Source: Pseudidiomarina aestuarii (lineage in GTDB: Bacteria; Pseudomonadota; Gammaproteobacteria; Enterobacterales; Alteromonadaceae). From it: a stretch of 64,000 bases of DNA. The position numbers and the translations under genes are program-made. Every line of letters starts with the position of its first letter. Within the stretch, counting starts at the first letter, position 1. Under the pieces are notes generated by a model that had not been told where the DNA came from, did not search any database, and was given only the letters and a program-made list of their open reading frames with translations. Of the stretch, positions 59,551 through 64,000 are shown one piece after another. Where the stretch lies: contig NZ_JBLXDX010000007.1 of assembly GCF_048263735.1 (NCBI RefSeq), forward strand, positions 5,146 to 69,145. Direction: 5' to 3'.

Positions 59551-62460
59551 ATGAAAGCAAACAGACTCGCAAAATCTGTTCGCATCGCATTGGCATTCGG
59601 CGCTAGTTCAACACTATTGTTGTCTGGTGCCGCTTTTGCGCAAGCGGAAGACGAACAGGAAGAAGAAGAAGCTGAACGCGCCGAACGAATCACAGTTGTT
59701 GGTTCGCGTATCCGTACCGACGGCCTTGACAGCGCTACGCCTATTGAAATCATCAGTGCTGAGCTCGCTACCGAACAAGGTTTGAGCACACTGGGTGAAT
59801 TACTCCGTACGACTACCATCGCAGCTGGTTCTGACCAGTTGATTTCTGCTTACTCGGTTGGCTTCGTAACCGCTGGTGGTGCTGGTAACGAATCGATCTC
59901 AATGCGTGGCTTAGGTGCGAACCGTACCCTCGTATTGTTGAACGGCCGTCGCGCTGGACCTGCCGGTACTCGTGGTCAGGTTGCTGCATACGACATGAAC
60001 TCGCTGCCAGTAGCAGCTATTGAGCGTGTTGAAATCTTAAAAGATGGTGCATCATCACTGTATGGTTCTGACGCGGTTGCTGGTGTAATCAACATCATCA
60101 CCAAAAAAGGCGACGACGCCAGCGTGAATTTCAGCGGCAGCAAGCCAATGGATAGCGGTGGTGAGACTTATCGCTTGAACGGTACTTACGGTGAGTCATT
60201 TGATAACGGTTCATACCGTATCGTTCTCGACCATAACGTGAACACTGGTTTGCAGCGTTCTGATCGTGACTACTTTGCTTGTAACGAACGTTATTTCTTT
60301 GATCCTGAGTCAGGTGAACGAGCAGACCCAATCGATCCACGTACCGGCGAATTCCATTGTAATGGTACGGGTTACGGTTTGTACCGTGGCTTCGGCGGCG
60401 GTCGTTTGTTGTTTGATGAGACCGGTTACGGCTTCCCACAAGCGGGCACCGACGCTTATGACGATGATTTCGTTAATGGTGCACCAGCGGGTTGGTATTG
60501 GGCTGGTTGGGATAAAGAATCAGATGGTTGGTTGAATGGCCAGCATCCGTTCTTTAGAACTCAATCGATGATTCCTGAGACCAGTACTACAGCTGCATTT
60601 ATCCAAGGTGACTATGACTTGGGTGATAGCATGTCGCTGTACGGCGAATTCCTGCACAGCAGCCGCGAAACTGAAATTTACAGTGCTCGTCAGTTCTGGA
60701 CTGCCGATATTGGATACGTTCCATTAAGCTTAGCGGAAGGTTGGTCTGGTTCTGAATTAGTGCTGCCAGTAGCCATCACTGATCACTACGGCAACACTAC
60801 TACTGTTGATTACACCCGTGGCGTGATTGGCCTTGAAGGTTCAATCGGCTTCTGGAATTGGGATATGTCTTACCAGCGTTCATACAACAAAGGTGAGTAT
60901 GCTCAGAAAGTCATTTTACGTGACTCAATGATCATGGCGCAGTTGAACCTCATTGGCGCAGGTCCATGTGAAGGCGAGCAATCACCTTTATCGGGTCGTG
61001 ACTGTGTGCCGGTTGATTGGTTCTCTTGGGATCACATGAACGGTAACCCCGGTGCCGACGTTAAAGCCTTCTTGTTTGGCGATGAAGTAGGTAACACTAT
61101 CTACAAGCAAGATACTTTTGATGCATACATCACTGGCGACATCCTTGACTTACCATCAGGCCCATTAGCGACTGCGGTTGGTGTTTACTATCAAACGGAT
61201 GAGCTCAAAGATACCCCAGGGGTTGAAACTCTGCGTGGTAACTCATGGGGCTTGAGTGGCGCAGGTATTACTGCAGGTAAATCGAAAACTAAAGCAGTGT
61301 ACGGTGAGCTTTCAGCACCAGTACTTCGTGACTTACCTTTCGTAGAAGCCTTAGATGTGACTGGTTCTGCACGTTGGACCGATGTTGATGCCTACGGTAG
61401 CGACACCACGTTTAAAGTTAGCATGAACTGGTCAATTGGTGGTGGTTTACGTGCTCGTGCATCACGCGGTACTTCTTTCCGTGCACCAGCTTTGTTTGAA
61501 CTCTACCTTGATAACCAAACTGGTTTCTTAGGTCAGAATATCGATCCATGTATTAACTGGGTAGAATCTGAAAACCCATTAATCCGTGAAAACTGTGCGG
61601 CTGCAGGCGTTCCTGAGTCATACATCGCAGGTATCGGTAGTTCAATGACTGCTGTGACTGGTGGTGGTGCAGGTCAGTTGCAAGCTGAAACGTCAGTGTC
61701 TGAAGGTTTCGGTTTCATTTGGGAAAGCCCAGAGCGTATGTGGGCAGCGTCAGTAGATTACTACAAAGTAACTATTGATGACCAAGTGTCTAACGTTGGC
61801 GGTTCAAACGTACTGAACTTGTGTTATACCTCAGAGAACTTCGAAAATGAGCCATTCTGTGACCAAATCACACGTCGTGATGGTACAGACGGTGACTATG
61901 GTATCGATACCGTTCGTGGCGGTTATGTGAACGTTGCGCAGCAGTTGGTTCGCGGTGTTGACATCGTGACTACGTTCAACGCGGAAACGCCAATTGGTCA
62001 GTTACGTTCAACCTTGAACCACACTATCCAGATCGAGCGGGTATTCCAGCAGTTCCCAGATAGCGACCCAATCTCCTACATTGGCCGGATCAGCAACCCG
62101 AAACATATCGGTACGTTGAACACCAGCCTAATGACGAATGATTGGACGTTCACTTGGAACGCTCGTTACGTAGATAAAACGTCGAACTACTACTTGTACA
62201 CCAATGGTAACGAGTTGCAGTATCGCGGTGAAACTGTGAACTTTATTGCAGATACACCTACCTATGTAATTCATGCTTTGTCAGCACAGACGCGTTTGTT
62301 TGATGGTTTAGACGTGACCTTCGGTCTCGCTAACATCTTCGACAAAGAGCCGCCTAAAGCTGGTCCTTCTGCGGTAGCAGTAGCGGGTAACACCATCTAC
62401 GCTTCACAGTATGACTACTATGGCCGTCGTGCATTCGTGAATTTGTCTTATCAGTTCTAA
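59551..62460 (+). CDS. TonB-dependent outer-membrane receptor (large, about 970 aa)
   Basis: Signal peptide ending AFA, TonB box ERITVVGSRI, plug NRTLVLLNGRR / EILKDGASSLYGSDAVAGVINIITK, terminal GRRAFVNLSYQF. Confidence 0.95.
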   Translation: MKANRLAKSVRIALAFGASSTLLLSGAAFAQAEDEQEEEEAERAERITVVGSRIRTDGLDSATPIEIISAELATEQGLSTLGELLRTTTIAAGSDQLISAYSVGFVTAGGAGNESISMRGLGANRTLVLLNGRRAGPAGTRGQVAAYDMNSLPVAAIERVEILKDGASSLYGSDAVAGVINIITKKGDDASVNFSGSKPMDSGGETYRLNGTYGESFDNGSYRIVLDHNVNTGLQRSDRDYFACNERYFFDPESGERADPIDPRTGEFHCNGTGYGLYRGFGGGRLLFDETGYGFPQAGTDAYDDDFVNGAPAGWYWAGWDKESDGWLNGQHPFFRTQSMIPETSTTAAFIQGDYDLGDSMSLYGEFLHSSRETEIYSARQFWTADIGYVPLSLAEGWSGSELVLPVAITDHYGNTTTVDYTRGVIGLEGSIGFWNWDMSYQRSYNKGEYAQKVILRDSMIMAQLNLIGAGPCEGEQSPLSGRDCVPVDWFSWDHMNGNPGADVKAFLFGDEVGNTIYKQDTFDAYITGDILDLPSGPLATAVGVYYQTDELKDTPGVETLRGNSWGLSGAGITAGKSKTKAVYGELSAPVLRDLPFVEALDVTGSARWTDVDAYGSDTTFKVSMNWSIGGGLRARASRGTSFRAPALFELYLDNQTGFLGQNIDPCINWVESENPLIRENCAAAGVPESYIAGIGSSMTAVTGGGAGQLQAETSVSEGFGFIWESPERMWAASVDYYKVTIDDQVSNVGGSNVLNLCYTSENFENEPFCDQITRRDGTDGDYGIDTVRGGYVNVAQQLVRGVDIVTTFNAETPIGQLRSTLNHTIQIERVFQQFPDSDPISYIGRISNPKHIGTLNTSLMTNDWTFTWNARYVDKTSNYYLYTNGNELQYRGETVNFIADTPTYVIHALSAQTRLFDGLDVTFGLANIFDKEPPKAGPSAVAVAGNTIYASQYDYYGRRAFVNLSYQF

Positions 62461-62484
62461 GCCCTTGAACAAAAGACAAAAACT

Positions 62485-62514
62485 AAAAACCCGCGGCTTG
62501 CCGCGGGTTTTTTT
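62485..62514 (+). terminator. Rho-independent terminator after the TBDR
   Basis: AAAAACCCGCGGC-TT-GCCGCGGG followed by a T-run. Confidence 0.9.
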
Positions 62515-62632
62515 ATACATGTCGATATAACAAATACATGGTTTTGTCCGAATATAGTTGTTTTTTGTCAGAAAACTCACCTATAGTTTATCTTTACGTA
62601 AAATTAACGAAAATATTCTCATGGAGGAGCTT

Positions 62633-64000
62633 ATGCCTCGCCTTTCTGAGCAACTCAGACTGCCCGCAATTACCTGTGCTTTAGTAGCACTGTTCTCGTC
62701 GACTGCAATAGCGCAGACCGTAAATGACTATCAATCAGCATCGCTTCCCGCAGGTCTTGAGTTTACCGGAACTGTTACAGGCGGTGTGCGTGATGGTGAC
62801 TTTGATGGTGACGGGGATGCTGATTTCATATCAACAGCGTCTGGGGGCGGAGCCATCACGTTCTATCGGAACAATGGCGATGGGACTTTTAGCATAAACC
62901 CAACTCCCAATCCTTTTGTCAATTTCACGAGTTCCGGCGTAAATACTTTTATTGCTAGCTCAGCGTTAACATCAGTTTTTGACTACGATAATGATGGTGA
63001 TCTAGATATTTGGCACCGTCAACTGAATGGTATTGATACGCTCCTAGAAAATGTAAATGGCGTGTATCAGAGTGTTGCACTTCCAGCAGGTCTAGAGTTC
63101 ACTTACGCGTTTGGCTCGGGTGCGGTTTTAATGGCCGATTTCGACGGTGACGGTGATGTAGATTTTAGCGGTATTGAGACCTCTTCAGGGCCAGCTTGGT
63201 TTTTACGTAATAATGGTAACGGAACATTTACCACTAATCCGAGTGTCGGTAATCCTTTTGCAAATTTTGTGTCTTCGATTCCATCAGGGTATACACCGAA
63301 CATTAGTGCAACCGCAGCCGATTTTGATGGGGATGGTGACATTGATGTCTGGCAACGCATTGGTGGCGACGGAAATGACTTATATTTGAGAAATGATTCA
63401 GGGACTCTGGTTGTTGGAACGCTACCAACAGGGCTGGAATACATTCCAACAACCACGGCTTTGTTATATGCGGGAGATTTTGACGGCGATGGTGATTTAG
63501 ATACAGCGAGCCAAGATGCGATTGGTGGCGCTATTAGTTATCGTCAAAATAATGGTAATGGAACCTTTACTTTAAATCCGGCTAACAACCCATTTTCTGC
63601 GTTTTCAAGTTCGACACCAGCGAATACAGCTTTTAACCTAAGCGGCAGTTTTGCGGATATCGATGATGATGGTGATTTGGATATTTGGATTCGACGTGGT
63701 GGTAGCGAAGCAGATATTTATCTTCAAAATACTGTAAATCCGGTCCGAGTTTTATCAACAACGCCCAGTAGCGGCGCTACTGGCGTAGATAATGATACTA
63801 CTATTACACTTTCGTTATCTCGTTCAATTAATCCTTGGTCGGGTAACGTATATATACGCAGATATGACGACGATACAATTGTTGAGACGATAAACGCGAA
63901 CGACCTAGGGTTAACGTTTGGCGCCAATTCGTTGACGATTAACCGTTCCGTCACTCTTGCTGATAACACGAGATACTACGTTTCATTCGATAGAACTTTT
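62633..64000 (+). CDS. Secreted FG-GAP/VCBS-repeat beta-propeller protein with an SbsA/Big_5-type Ig-like domain (partial, runs off the right edge; not in ORF track)
   Basis: SD GGAGGAG before ATG 62633; open frame of 456 codons to the window end; signal peptide ending AIA; six D-[FYI]-D-x-D-G-D-x-D motifs; then VLSTTPSSGATGV...LADNTRYYVSFD. Confidence 0.9.
   Translation, partial: MPRLSEQLRLPAITCALVALFSSTAIAQTVNDYQSASLPAGLEFTGTVTGGVRDGDFDGDGDADFISTASGGGAITFYRNNGDGTFSINPTPNPFVNFTSSGVNTFIASSALTSVFDYDNDGDLDIWHRQLNGIDTLLENVNGVYQSVALPAGLEFTYAFGSGAVLMADFDGDGDVDFSGIETSSGPAWFLRNNGNGTFTTNPSVGNPFANFVSSIPSGYTPNISATAADFDGDGDIDVWQRIGGDGNDLYLRNDSGTLVVGTLPTGLEYIPTTTALLYAGDFDGDGDLDTASQDAIGGAISYRQNNGNGTFTLNPANNPFSAFSSSTPANTAFNLSGSFADIDDDGDLDIWIRRGGSEADIYLQNTVNPVRVLSTTPSSGATGVDNDTTITLSLSRSINPWSGNVYIRRYDDDTIVETINANDLGLTFGANSLTINRSVTLADNTRYYVSFDRTF

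Noticed and set aside
1-64000. Dozens of 60-200 aa ORFs in the six-frame track that overlap the called genes (e.g. 652..1068 +, 16481..17086 -, 56748..57191 -, 63103..63456 -)
   Set aside because: They lie antisense or out of frame within well-supported CDSs, have no recognisable motifs or SD sites, and are the expected shadows of coding DNA.
1-64000. tRNA, rRNA, CRISPR array, transposase, integrase, prophage or defence genes
   Set aside because: I saw no cloverleaf or rRNA signature, no regularly spaced repeat-spacer array and no such protein motifs. Intergenic gaps are all under about 300 nt.

Overview
This window is almost entirely conserved core chromosome of a marine-type gammaproteobacterium. 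Gene order and roughly balanced GC suggest Alteromonadales, possibly Idiomarinaceae (inference). It carries about 57 intact, tightly packed CDSs covering central carbon metabolism (ppa, fbp, tkt-epd-pgk-fba), pantothenate/folate (panP, panCB, folK), the sfsA-dksA-gluQ-pcnB block, pepB-hrpB-mrcB, hemL-pyrB-hemJ, peptidoglycan recycling (mpl, anmK, amgK-murU), tyrS, lptD-surA-pdxA-rsmA-apaGH, rapA-rluA, rsmE-gshB-yqgE-yqgF and metK. I found no tRNA, rRNA, CRISPR array, transposase, prophage or recognisable defence gene, and I cannot point to a clearly new multi-gene system. Two CDSs missing from the ORF track run off the window edges: the 3' end of an outer-membrane barrel gene (2..85) and a secreted protein with three tandem two-blade FG-GAP units plus an Ig-like domain (62633..>64000). 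The most interesting signals are small-scale: (1) that FG-GAP protein beside an orphan TonB-dependent receptor; (2) a heptamer-built nested inverted repeat between rsmE and gshB; (3) a probable non-AUG (ATC/ATT) start for pcnB; (4) a Zrg-like ABC module with no visible periplasmic binding-protein gene but a His-rich permease loop, placed directly behind ppa; (5) a perfect 9-1-9 palindrome before pepQ; (6) several promoter or leader architectures (pyrB start-site region, metK promoter inside a terminator, tkt and TBDR leaders with alternative pairings). All family assignments come from motif recognition by eye, not database searches.
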